A stretch of 64,000 nt of DNA, taken from Planctomycetota bacterium. GTDB lineage: Bacteria > Planctomycetota > UBA8108 > SXIK01. The DNA is taken from NCBI GenBank assembly GCA_965223265.1, contig OZ244999.1, positions 7,584,001 through 7,648,000 on the forward strand, in the 5' to 3' direction. The position numbers were made by a program, and so were the translations under genes. Position 1 is the stretch's first letter. The number at the start of each line of letters is the position of its first letter. The notes under the pieces are model-generated. The model ran no database searches, had not been told where the DNA came from, and was given only the letters and a program-made list of their open reading frames with translations. Shown one piece after another: positions 54,601-63,256 of this stretch.

Positions 54601-56393
54601 GCGCTGGGCGCGTCTTGCGTTCGGCACTGAAGTGGGCGACACGGTCGGGACCTCCCGTTCTCAAGCGCATGGCAGCATCTCGTGCACTCGCCCTCGATCG
54701 TATGCTCGGACGCGAACAGAAGACGAGTCAGGCGCGCCGAGTGCTCGACGAGACGCCGCGCACGGAGATCGAGCTCCTGGAAGCATGGACGGATCTCTTC
54801 GTCGCTGCCGCGTCCGGCGTCGCACCGCTTCCTGATGCCGCGTCAACTGGTGCAAGCCCAGCGGCGCCCTCAACCTCAGTCCACGTGCAGCGTGCGCACG
54901 CGGTGTTTCGCCGACTCGGTGTCTCGGCGGGCGCTCGAATGGCGTTGGTCGCGCTCCTTTACGATGCAATCGCGAACAAAGCGACCGGTCGCGTACGGAC
55001 GCTGTTGACTCAACTTGAGGCAGACGCGGATGCTTCCCACGCATTTCTGCGTGTGTTAGAACCCCTGGCCCGCGGTGAAGCGTGCCTTTTCCTAGGCGAG
55101 ATGGAACGTGCGCAAGCCTGTTTACGCCAAGCAGCAGCCGCGATGGTGGGGAAACCGTTCCTCGAGCTCGATTGGCGCATCGAATACACGCGGGCCCGGG
55201 TTGCGCAGCGTCTCGGAGATCGGGAAGACGCGCGACACTATCTGCACCGAAGCTTGCAGGCGCGGGAGCTTGTCGCTCGATCCGTTACCGCCAGTCGCCG
55301 CGAACAATTCCTTGCGCAGCCGAGATTCAGAGACCTGGACGCGCTGCGATCACGCCTCGAACGCCCCCGTCCCCACGAGACGACGCCGCTCGCTGACGCC
55401 GCGCACAACTACCACGGCTTCATCGGGGCGTCGGCCGTATGCCAAGGCCTCTTCGATCGACTCGCACGACTCCGCGACCTTGATCTGCCCGCGCTCATCG
55501 TCGGCGCCACGGGTACTGGTAAAGAGCTCGTTGCGCGCATCATTCACGCCAACGGCCCGCACCGTCGCGGTCCTTTCCACGTTCTCCAGGCAACCGCCCT
55601 CCCTGCGGAGCTCTTCGAGTCAGAGCTCTTCGGCTACGAAGCCGGCGCCTTTACCGGTGCCGAAGACTCGCGAGTCGGTCTTCTGGAACATCTCAGCGGT
55701 GGTACTTTGCTCATCGATGAAGTCGATCAGCTCACGGCGTCGACGCAAAAGAAGCTTCTTCAGGTCGTCGACTCGAAACTGGTTCGTCCGCTCGGCAGTA
55801 TCAATCCCCGTCCTATCGATGTACGTTTCCTCGCCTCGTCGAGCGTCGATCCAGCCGCCGCCGTCGCGAGCGGGCAGTTGCTGCCGGAACTTCTCTATCG
55901 CCTGGCGCAGTTCGAGATTCAGCTGCCGCCGCTGAAAGAACGCCCGGACGACGTCCCACTGCTGATGCGACACTTTCTTTCGACACATGGCGAAAAGCTA
56001 GGACGTGAGCCGCCGTCGCTTTCGACCGGCGCGCTTGATCTTCTCTCGCAACTCGAGTGGCCTGGAAACGTCCGTGAGCTGCAGACGGTAGCGGTGCGCC
56101 TCCTGGTCTCTCACGCGGGGAGCACGGTCGACGCCGCGACCGTCGAAGATTTGCTGGCACCCGATCCAAGGCGCGAAGAGGCACTCTTCTCCGGTGACCT
56201 CTTCCGACGCCATGATCTGAAGAGTCTTCGGAATGAGCTTGAGCGGGCGTACCTGATTCATGTCTTCGAAACGACGGGGGGCGATGTTCAACGTATGCTC
56301 ACAGAACTGAACGTCGGGCGATCTAACCTCTATAGTTGGTTCAAACGAGTCGGCCTCGACGTCCAAAACTTGCGGCGCCGCGTCAAAGAGTAG
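51621..56393 (+). CDS. Ser/Thr kinase + AAA/STAND ATPase + TPR + sigma54-dependent activator with HTH
   Basis: Kinase: GSGSLGRVY, ALK, HLDVHPGN, DIG, APE. ATPase: GDFGIGKS, LLLDD. TPR: LNNLGIAH. bEBP: GATGTGKE, ESELFG, GAFTGA, LIDEV, WPGNVREL. Start uncertain. Confidence 0.92.
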   Translation: MTFSPSPRHPGFILSERYEVERKLGSGSLGRVYLARDLMRNRTVALKVVRSERFGPGALTALQREFRAIASLRHPQIAQAFDFGYSTDEARLPFYTMEYVEGEPLASGPPSSGSRPLAFLQPVLDVLEALEYLHAHGLLHLDVHPGNVIVSPRDRGAVLIDIGMVRPNVDAIPSVLMKSATWIAPEVVAGQPPTPSADLFSVGKLARYRLTSPHDRRPHLPREIPGWGSRRMLALERVLDKATDDDPEQRFESAAAFRDALVAALGTGHHGRRVFEPGDVTMGRARELGAIDATIDSCLSGKTSVLWFVGDFGIGKSQLLEQARVRAQLRGLEVVQTRFAPQETQGVLRDRLSRSVPKAAEWLAPLAMEHGGSSAERASKVAQSFLASHGAAVVLLLDDVELADRESRLLVDAFLEECLARSSSNRLGRGLALVLASQAPPPKPAGGDRKHVKRLRPLSTKTSQDLLESLLRPLNVPRALIAEWARASQGKPRRLRMIARAVQHGRAGRGSRDMAADAFAAWSGQEMDVEQILSDLEPTDVGVLLTLAVCARGLTEVQAAAICSSESVARARRSLRRLTSAELVIKTKRGRSNLYYIPASQLREQLSATTRAVERKRIHERAAAFLQSQSSVDLHDQQSLVHHLFACGKATEGHSHAMATSQSLRTEGHHEEAVNLLEHSLRHARSRLQRLHLAEAISEIRSATGDHAEGISVLEPVFVESKARLNRSEAVRLRRRLGVHFHRLGDWSRAVTLFDEALGFASAAADATEIIFIYSELAEIHTFRGDFEAAKESCNAGLELLSDLEAKTDFKRSMEVTLRASLGHAALRSMQLERAIAEFEEALKLARTTGTTTFRAQILNNLGIAHNQRSDFSQAERCFRRAAKLHLQAGDRANLIQTACNLAVIAAKRGSASAARAEIKNAQRRLQEHPGVRLEFFVGVSAALTEHLVGESEKAVESFRAALPLGYKLEDHYLVHFSEVYLAEAEIACGRYDRAGRVLRSALKWATRSGPPVLKRMAASRALALDRMLGREQKTSQARRVLDETPRTEIELLEAWTDLFVAAASGVAPLPDAASTGASPAAPSTSVHVQRAHAVFRRLGVSAGARMALVALLYDAIANKATGRVRTLLTQLEADADASHAFLRVLEPLARGEACLFLGEMERAQACLRQAAAAMVGKPFLELDWRIEYTRARVAQRLGDREDARHYLHRSLQARELVARSVTASRREQFLAQPRFRDLDALRSRLERPRPHETTPLADAAHNYHGFIGASAVCQGLFDRLARLRDLDLPALIVGATGTGKELVARIIHANGPHRRGPFHVLQATALPAELFESELFGYEAGAFTGAEDSRVGLLEHLSGGTLLIDEVDQLTASTQKKLLQVVDSKLVRPLGSINPRPIDVRFLASSSVDPAAAVASGQLLPELLYRLAQFEIQLPPLKERPDDVPLLMRHFLSTHGEKLGREPPSLSTGALDLLSQLEWPGNVRELQTVAVRLLVSHAGSTVDAATVEDLLAPDPRREEALFSGDLFRRHDLKSLRNELERAYLIHVFETTGGDVQRMLTELNVGRSNLYSWFKRVGLDVQNLRRRVKE

Positions 56394-56716
56394 CTCACTT
56401 CTGATCGGCGAAAGCAAGATGAGCGATCGCACAGCCCCGGTCGACGAGAAAAAAAAGACACGAACCCAGCTTCGTACACCAACGCCGGGACGAGATCCTG
56501 CATGCCCTTGAAAACGTCGACTTGAATCTACGACGGCGAGGGCCTTCGCTTTGCTCCGGGGCGCCGGTGGTCGGCCGGGATTCACGGTGCAGGATACGCG
56601 GCGTGTTGACAGTAGGGTCCAGGCGTCTATCATGCGCGGACGACTCGAGATCCCGTGCGGTCCCGTCACTGACTGGTGTTCCTCTCGAGCAGAGTCGCCA
56701 GCGAAGGTAGCGCAGC

Positions 56717-57757
56717 ATGAGCGATATGGAAACCATCGGTGAAGAAGACGGCTCCGCCGCGGACGCCGATCCGGTCCTGTCGGTTCTCATCGTCAGCTTC
56801 AACACTAGGCTGATGACGCTAGACTGCGTTCGATCGGTGTTCGAAGAAACGCAAGGGATCGACTTCGAAGTGATCGTCGTCGACAACGCCTCGAGCGACG
56901 GATCAGCAGCAGCGCTGCGTGAGGCCCACCCCAACATTCATCTGATCGCGCTCGAAGAGAACATTGGATTCGCACGAGCGAACAACTTGGCCGCGGAATC
57001 GGCTCGGGGCAAATACCTGCTGCTCCTCAACCCGGATACCTTGGTCCTCCGGGGAGCGCTCAAGAAGCTCGTAGAGTTTATGGAAACGCACCCCGACGCA
57101 GGCGCGTGCGGCGGGCGCACGTACCTCGCCGACGGCAGCCTCGATCCGGGGTCGTGCTGGGGAAAAGCCACGCCCTGGAGCACCCTGTGCCGCGCGCTTG
57201 CACTCAGCTCACTCTTTCCCGGTAGCCGTCTGTTCGACCGTGAGTCACTTGGGGGGTGGAAACGAGACAGCGTCAAAACCGTCGACGTGGTCACAGGTTG
57301 CCTGCTCATTATCCAGCGTCGGTTGTGGCAGGAGCTAAATGGGTTCGACCCGCGGTTCTTCATGTATGCAGAAGACCAGGACTTGTGCCTGCGTGTCGCC
57401 GCGAGCGGCCGTCGCTGTTGGATTTGCCCGGAAGCCGAGATCATTCACTATCGCGGCGCATCAGAAAAAGTGCACGAGGACAAGGTCGTCCGCCTGTGCG
57501 CAGCGAAGAGCTTGCTCTTCCAAAAGCACTGGAAGCCCGGCGCCGCTGCGTTCGGCATCTGGGCCATGAATCTGCACGCATGGGTGCGCGTGCTTGGCAA
57601 CGGTGTGGCGGCACTCTTTTCGCGCCGAGCGGCCGAATCGTGCCGTACGTGGAAAGCGATTTGGCGGCGCCGTAGTGAATGGCGTGACATCCGGCTCGAC
57701 GACCTGGACACGGCACCAGTTGCCCGCGGCGACACCTCGAGAAGCTCGGCAACATAA
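56717..57757 (+). CDS. Glycosyltransferase family 2 (WbbL-like)
   Basis: LSVLIVSFN, VIVVDNASSDGS, GFARANN, LLLNPD, FFMYAEDQDLC. Confidence 0.93.
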   Translation: MSDMETIGEEDGSAADADPVLSVLIVSFNTRLMTLDCVRSVFEETQGIDFEVIVVDNASSDGSAAALREAHPNIHLIALEENIGFARANNLAAESARGKYLLLLNPDTLVLRGALKKLVEFMETHPDAGACGGRTYLADGSLDPGSCWGKATPWSTLCRALALSSLFPGSRLFDRESLGGWKRDSVKTVDVVTGCLLIIQRRLWQELNGFDPRFFMYAEDQDLCLRVAASGRRCWICPEAEIIHYRGASEKVHEDKVVRLCAAKSLLFQKHWKPGAAAFGIWAMNLHAWVRVLGNGVAALFSRRAAESCRTWKAIWRRRSEWRDIRLDDLDTAPVARGDTSRSSAT

Positions 57758-57934
57758 TCTGCCGCCCGCGAAGGCAAGAGAACAACAGAGTGGGTCGCGG
57801 TCTGTCGCCCTCCGCTTCCGCAGGCGGCGCTTCGCGTCGCTGGACACGAACAGGCAGGGAAAGCTGAAGCCAGCGAGTGCGTCGCCCACCGCGGAGGGAC
57901 GGGCGACGCCAAGCTCGCTGGACTTCAAGCGGGG

Positions 57935-59929
57935 CTATATACCGACGAGATTGCAGGGCCCAAGCGCGTCGGGTGTCGGGTCGACACCGGCGGTGTCGAA
58001 CGGCGCCGGGATCACCCCGGTGCCGACGAAGAGTGAGTTCAAAATGTTGATCGGATCGGAGATGTCGATGCCGCCGTCGTCGTTCGAGTCTGCAGCGTCC
58101 GGACACGTCGGCTGTTCCCCGGAGACAAAGAGTGCATTGAGCAAGAAGTTAGCGTCAGCGATGTCCACTTCTCCGTCGCGATTCGCATCGCCGCGGCGGA
58201 AAATCGTAATGTCGCTAACGATACGCACCTCACCGGGCACAACGTTGGGAAGCACCGTGACGAACCGTGACTCACCTTCGAAGGTGAGCTCATTGTGCAG
58301 CTCGTACGGCCCCACTGGTCCATCCGGTGGACCGATTTCGACCACCGTGCCCGGGACGGCGTCAGCGGCAATTCTGAAACGCACCTTGAACGCCAGGGCG
58401 TTGGTGCCTGCCGCAAGCTCGAAACCGGCTTCGACGAGGCTCGGGACAAAACCGACATCGAAGATGCCTTCCTCCACCGACGAGCCGACGAAGATCGCCG
58501 AAGCGGTGGTCTCTTCCAGCCGCGACTCGTACTCGGTGCCTTCAAAGACGAGATCGACAGGATCGGCAACGTCTTCGTCGTACGTGGCCAGTAGTTGAAA
58601 CGCCTCGACGTCAACCGAGCTGCTGACGAAGACCGGCACGTCGACGAATCCGCCGGGGACCGCCTCGACCACACCGAAGCGAACCGTATCGGCGGTTTCT
58701 TCCGGAGGTATCACATCATACGCGGCGCAGTTGTGGCCGTCGGCCGTGGGATCAGGACCCAACTCCAGGAACGGCGCCGGCATCTCAGGGCCTTCTTGGA
58801 AGATACTCACGAGCCCAAAAATCACGTCCGAGATGTCGACGTCTCCGTCGTCGTTGACGTCGGCGGCGTCGAGGCAGTTCAAAGCGACTGAACCGAGGAA
58901 CAGAAAGCGACGTAGCATCAGCGAGTCAGCGGTGGAAATCTGACCGTCGGCGTTGATGTCGCCACGCACGAAATCGACGCTGGGCCCGGGTGGAGGTGGC
59001 GGCGGATCACCGTCACCGTCAGGGTCATCGTCAGGCGAGGAAGCCTCACACTGCGGCTCGGACGCTGGGGTGTCGGTACTGACGTCACAGCCGACGGCGA
59101 TGGCGGTCGGCACCGTCAGCGTGCCCGCGACGAGATCCGCAGCGATGGTTTGACTGCTGCCTTGGTCGACGAGAACGCCTCTGGCGAACGAGATGTCATA
59201 GGCTCCCGCGGCTGTGCCCGCCGCGAGGCAGATAGACAACTCCATAACCGCAACGTCCGAGCCCCCTGGAATGAAAACGTCGTCGTTGACGAGGTTCGGT
59301 AAATACCCAAAGCGCAGCTCACCGTCGATGACGCGACCTGCAAGAAAACCATTGGAGTCAAACTCGAACAGATCGACGCTGTCCTTCACGTCTGCGAGCA
59401 CGCCGCCTGCGATGTTCAGCGTTCCCGAGAACCCACCAACGTCCGTCGAGCTAGACACTTGCACCACAAGCGTCGCCGTCCCGTCGGCTGCGGCGACGGC
59501 GTCGACGATCTCTATCTTGGCGGCGTCGTCTTCTATGATCGACCCGCCGCCGTAGGACTGGCAGTTGCTTGAGTCCGGCGCTTCGCCGGGTTCAGGGAAG
59601 GGAGCGCAGGGCGGCGCACCCCCAAACGATTCGTGGACAAGCAGGCCGATCGTGTCGGAAATGTCGATGGTACCGTCACCGTTCACGTCGCCAGCGCTGA
59701 AGCACTCGAGGCTCCTCGTGCCGAAGAAAAGGAGTGCCGTACCGTGGTGGGCGTCGGCTACGTTGACGCTGCCGTCCCCATTGAAGTCGCCGCGGATGAA
59801 CGCCGTGCCCTGTGCCAACGACACTTCGACGTGGAAAAGAGCGCCGCAAAGAATGGCTGCAAGCAACAATCCACCGAATCGGTTCGACCCCTCGTGGGCT
59901 CGCCGTTGTTCGATATCCTGAACCTTCAT
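57935..59929 (-). CDS. Secreted scaffold-like protein: dockerin-cohesin-dockerin-cohesin-dockerin
   Basis: Signal peptide after ATG 59929; three modules FIRGDFNGDG, FVRGDINADG, FRRGDANRDG, each with a second Ca-loop; between them two beta-rich domains (IEIVDAVAAADGTATLVVQV...; VRFGVVEAVPGGFVDVPVFV...EAFQLLATYD). No catalytic domain recognised. Confidence 0.85.
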   Translation of the reverse strand: MKVQDIEQRRAHEGSNRFGGLLLAAILCGALFHVEVSLAQGTAFIRGDFNGDGSVNVADAHHGTALLFFGTRSLECFSAGDVNGDGTIDISDTIGLLVHESFGGAPPCAPFPEPGEAPDSSNCQSYGGGSIIEDDAAKIEIVDAVAAADGTATLVVQVSSSTDVGGFSGTLNIAGGVLADVKDSVDLFEFDSNGFLAGRVIDGELRFGYLPNLVNDDVFIPGGSDVAVMELSICLAAGTAAGAYDISFARGVLVDQGSSQTIAADLVAGTLTVPTAIAVGCDVSTDTPASEPQCEASSPDDDPDGDGDPPPPPPGPSVDFVRGDINADGQISTADSLMLRRFLFLGSVALNCLDAADVNDDGDVDISDVIFGLVSIFQEGPEMPAPFLELGPDPTADGHNCAAYDVIPPEETADTVRFGVVEAVPGGFVDVPVFVSSSVDVEAFQLLATYDEDVADPVDLVFEGTEYESRLEETTASAIFVGSSVEEGIFDVGFVPSLVEAGFELAAGTNALAFKVRFRIAADAVPGTVVEIGPPDGPVGPYELHNELTFEGESRFVTVLPNVVPGEVRIVSDITIFRRGDANRDGEVDIADANFLLNALFVSGEQPTCPDAADSNDDGGIDISDPINILNSLFVGTGVIPAPFDTAGVDPTPDALGPCNLVGI

Positions 59930-60003
59930 CTGTCGTACCTCCCAACTCTCGTTTGATCCAAAACCGCTTCCGCCCCTTGACACGACGTCGTACCAGACCT
60001 TAA

Positions 60004-60019
60004 AGCAAAGGTCCTTCCA
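60004..60019 (-). promoter_or_regulatory. Possible sigma54 -24/-12 promoter for the scaffold gene
   Basis: Minus strand TGGAAGGACCTTTGCT has exact GG-N10-GC spacing with TTGC, about 75 bp upstream of ATG 59929; the -24 box departs from TGGCAC. Confidence 0.3.
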
Positions 60020-60245
60020 CGACGTCATGTATAGAGAGCCGAATTCCTCTGTAAGATGCCCTGACACGTTAGCTTAGAGAAAAAAGCTGTTGCTCAGATC
60101 AGCGCCGCTCGCGGTCGGAGGCGTAAATCAGCGCTTACGGCAGTTCTTGACCGTGTCCGATGAGATCGGACAGGCGAGCGAGCGAACGGCGCAGTCTAAC
60201 TCGCGGCCGATCGCGACGCCGCGACACCCACAGGAGAGACAAGAC

Positions 60246-61304
60246 ATGCTCGTTGCTCCCAGGCGCCTACGACGCCTCGCCCAGGAGGCTCTTACCGCCG
60301 CTGGCTGCTCGCAAGAAGAGTCCTCGTGCGCCGCCGACCATCTCGTCGATGCGAACCTCTCGGGACATGACTCGCATGGGGTCGTGCGCCTGCCGATGTA
60401 TGTTCAGTGGCTCCTTGACGGAACGCTCACCCCCCGCCAGGAACTGGAGACGGTCGTCGACTCGGACTGCTTCGCAATCGTTGACGGTGGAGCTGGCCTT
60501 GGACAGCCCTTAGCCGCCAAAGCAGTGCGCCTCGCGCTCGAAAAGGTCGCAGCACACGGCGTAAGCATCATCGGACTACGAAACGCCGGTCACGTCGGGC
60601 GCGTCGGGCACTGGGTCGAGATGGCTGCGGAGGCTGGCAAGATCGGACTCTGTTTCGTGAACACGTCGGGGCGAGGCAACCTCGTGGCGCCGTTCGGTGG
60701 GATCGAACGCCGTCTCTCCGCCAACCCCATCGCGGTCGGCGTGCCGGTGAAAGGCGCGTCACCGATCGTCGTCGACGTCTCGACGTGCGTGATCGCGGAG
60801 GGCAAGGTGCGCGTCGCCTTCAACCGCGGCGAGAAGGTTCGCGCCGGCGCCATGATTGACGCAGCGGGCGAACCAACGGTCGACCCCGCCGAATTCTACA
60901 CCGATCCACCGGGAGCTCTTCTCCCCATCGGCGGCCATAAGGGGTTCGCCCTCGGTGTCGTTGTGGAAATCCTCGCCGGGGCGCTGACTGGAGGCTCCTG
61001 TACCCGCCCGGGGACGACGATCTTTCGTCAAAGCATGTTGACGATCCTCATCGATCCGTATCGTTTCCAAAGCGAAGGCGCGTTTTCGTCTGAAATCAAA
61101 GACTTCATTGCCTCAGTCAAGAGCTCCCGCCCGTCCACAGAGAACGGAGAAGTTCTCATGCCTGGAGAGCCGGAAGAGAGAACTCGGGCGCAGCGCCGGG
61201 AGCGCGGCATCGAGATCGACCAGCGCACGTGGGAGCAAATCGTCTCTGCCGCTCAGAGCGTCGGTATGAGCGCAGCAGAGATCGAGGCCACCTCGGGCTC
61301 GTGA
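60246..61304 (+). CDS. Ldh_2 family malate/L-lactate/ureidoglycolate dehydrogenase (YbiC/HcxB-like)
   Basis: GGAG RBS; ANLSGHDSHGV, HVGRVG, PFGG...ANPI, GGHKGFAL, MPGEPE. Confidence 0.92.
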   Translation: MLVAPRRLRRLAQEALTAAGCSQEESSCAADHLVDANLSGHDSHGVVRLPMYVQWLLDGTLTPRQELETVVDSDCFAIVDGGAGLGQPLAAKAVRLALEKVAAHGVSIIGLRNAGHVGRVGHWVEMAAEAGKIGLCFVNTSGRGNLVAPFGGIERRLSANPIAVGVPVKGASPIVVDVSTCVIAEGKVRVAFNRGEKVRAGAMIDAAGEPTVDPAEFYTDPPGALLPIGGHKGFALGVVVEILAGALTGGSCTRPGTTIFRQSMLTILIDPYRFQSEGAFSSEIKDFIASVKSSRPSTENGEVLMPGEPEERTRAQRRERGIEIDQRTWEQIVSAAQSVGMSAAEIEATSGS

Positions 61305-61795
61305 CAGTGGCGCATCGGTCAAAATGGTGACCAAGGGCGCTCTTCGATGATGGAGCCGGACGGGACTCCGGGCCTGAACACGGATTGCAGCGTTAGCGAC
61401 CGAAGCGCACCGTCATAGCGAAGAGACGCCTGACGACAGCGACACCGGCAAAGAGGATGCACGAAACGATGAAGACCTTTTTCGGGGTTCGTTCACCTTC
61501 TAGCGGCCCCGCGTAGGAACTCCAGTTCATTGCAATCACTCCGTTCGTCAGTTGCGTTGACTCACGTCCGGGCCGTAGCCATTAGGCCACCAGCCCGTTC
61601 GTCTGAGATGTCGCAACTTCTGTACCGACCGATGCGAGCCTCTTTTCTCACGGGATCGCGCGAATGCCCACAACGGTTGTGCTATGATCCTGTCAACTTT
61701 CTCGACGTCTCGCCGGATTCCGCTCTACGCCCAGAACGGTCACCATCCGAAGCGAGCGAAAACTGACTCGCCGGACCGGATGACCGCCCGAACCA

Positions 61796-62641
61796 ATGAC
61801 CGCAACGCCACTCACCCAAGCGCAGCTGAAGCGCTACGAGTCTGACGGTTTCCTTCGACTCGACGGCTACTTCAGCAGCGAAGAAATCTCGCTCCTGCAC
61901 CAGGCGGCAACCACCGACCGCGAGCTCGACCGGCACTCGTCTGGACGCGCCGATGGAGAAGGCGGAACAGTTCGCCTGTCGCTCTGGAATCATCCTGGCG
62001 ACGGCATCTACGGCATGTTCGCACGCTGTCACCGCATCGTCGACGTTGCCGAACAGATTCTCGGTGGTGAGGTCTACCACTACCATTCGAAGATGATCAT
62101 GAAGGACGCCAAGATCGGCGGCGCTTGGGCCTGGCACCAGGACTACGGCTACTGGTATCAAAACGGCGTTCTCTTTCCGCTCTTGACCAGCGTCATGATC
62201 GCAGTCGACCGTGCGACTAAAGAAAACGGCTGCCTACAAGTGCTACGCGGATCACACCGCATGGGTCGAGTCGAACACCAACTGACGGGCGACCAAGCCG
62301 GCGCTGATCCCGAGCGCGTGCGAGAGGCAGCAGCCCGCCTCGAGACGGTGCACTGCGAGTTAGAACCAGGAGATGCTCTCTTTTTTCATTGCAACCTTCT
62401 CCACCGCTCCGACCAGAACCGCTCGAACCACGCGCGTTGGTCGATGGTCTGCTGCTACAATGCGGCGCGCAACGATCCGTACAGGGACTCGCACCACCCA
62501 CGCTACACCCCCCTCGTCAAAGTGGCCGACAGCGCGATCGTCGAGGTCGGCGTCCGGCACTTCGCACCTGGTGACGACCGCGTCGACTGGCTCGATCACA
62601 AGAAGGACCGCAGCGCCCGCAGCCTTTCCGGCGATGCCTGA
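61796..62641 (+). CDS. PhyH-family Fe/2OG dioxygenase (ectoine-hydroxylase-like)
   Basis: YHSKMIMK, WAWHQDYGYW, ENGCLQVLRGSH, LLHRS...R. Confidence 0.92.
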   Translation: MTATPLTQAQLKRYESDGFLRLDGYFSSEEISLLHQAATTDRELDRHSSGRADGEGGTVRLSLWNHPGDGIYGMFARCHRIVDVAEQILGGEVYHYHSKMIMKDAKIGGAWAWHQDYGYWYQNGVLFPLLTSVMIAVDRATKENGCLQVLRGSHRMGRVEHQLTGDQAGADPERVREAAARLETVHCELEPGDALFFHCNLLHRSDQNRSNHARWSMVCCYNAARNDPYRDSHHPRYTPLVKVADSAIVEVGVRHFAPGDDRVDWLDHKKDRSARSLSGDA

Positions 62642-62658
62642 GAGAGAGGCGGGCAGGA

Positions 62659-63198
62659 ATGATCCTTGACGGTGAGTTTCTGACACACGGCACCGTCTGG
62701 CTCGCTGTCAGCTTCTACTATTTGGCGCTCGTGCTGAAACTTTTCTGCGCCCCTCGCAGCCACGAAACGCCACGCCGCGTTTGGAGTCTCGCGTTCCTCC
62801 TCTACGTCGCCCACGTCGTCTGCGCCTTTCACTTCTACCACGACTGGAGCCATGCCGCGGCCTACGAGGCGACGGCCGAGCGCACTGCGGCAGTCGCCGG
62901 GCTCGAATGGGGAGGAGGGCTGTACTGGAACTATGCCTTCACGCTCTTATGGTTCGTCGACGTCATCTGGTCGTGGGGCGCGCGCCGCACGTGGATCGAC
63001 TCGCCGCAGCTGACCGGGGTTCAAACTTCACGCAGTTGGATCGCCTGGGCTGTGCATGCCTTCCTATTCTTCATGGTGTTTCAAGCTACGGTCGTCTTCG
63101 GATCGTCACTCGTGCGCTGGCTCGGACTCGCCGCGGCTCTGCTGCTCGTGTCCGCGACCATCAGAGCGCGTCGGAGGCGCATCTCAAAGGGCTGTTAA
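62659..63198 (+). CDS. Integral membrane protein of unknown function
   Basis: About five hydrophobic segments; HVVCAFHFYHDWSHAAAY motif; follows the dioxygenase closely. Confidence 0.75.
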   Translation: MILDGEFLTHGTVWLAVSFYYLALVLKLFCAPRSHETPRRVWSLAFLLYVAHVVCAFHFYHDWSHAAAYEATAERTAAVAGLEWGGGLYWNYAFTLLWFVDVIWSWGARRTWIDSPQLTGVQTSRSWIAWAVHAFLFFMVFQATVVFGSSLVRWLGLAAALLLVSATIRARRRRISKGC

Positions 63199-63256
63199 AC
63201 GTAAAACGGGTACACCGAGGCCGCTCGCGTGATCGCTACACCGACACGCTGCGCGA

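Noticed and set aside
61393-61530. 45-codon hydrophobic minus-strand ORF (MNWSSY...)
   Set aside because: Short, with no motif support; it cannot be distinguished from chance.
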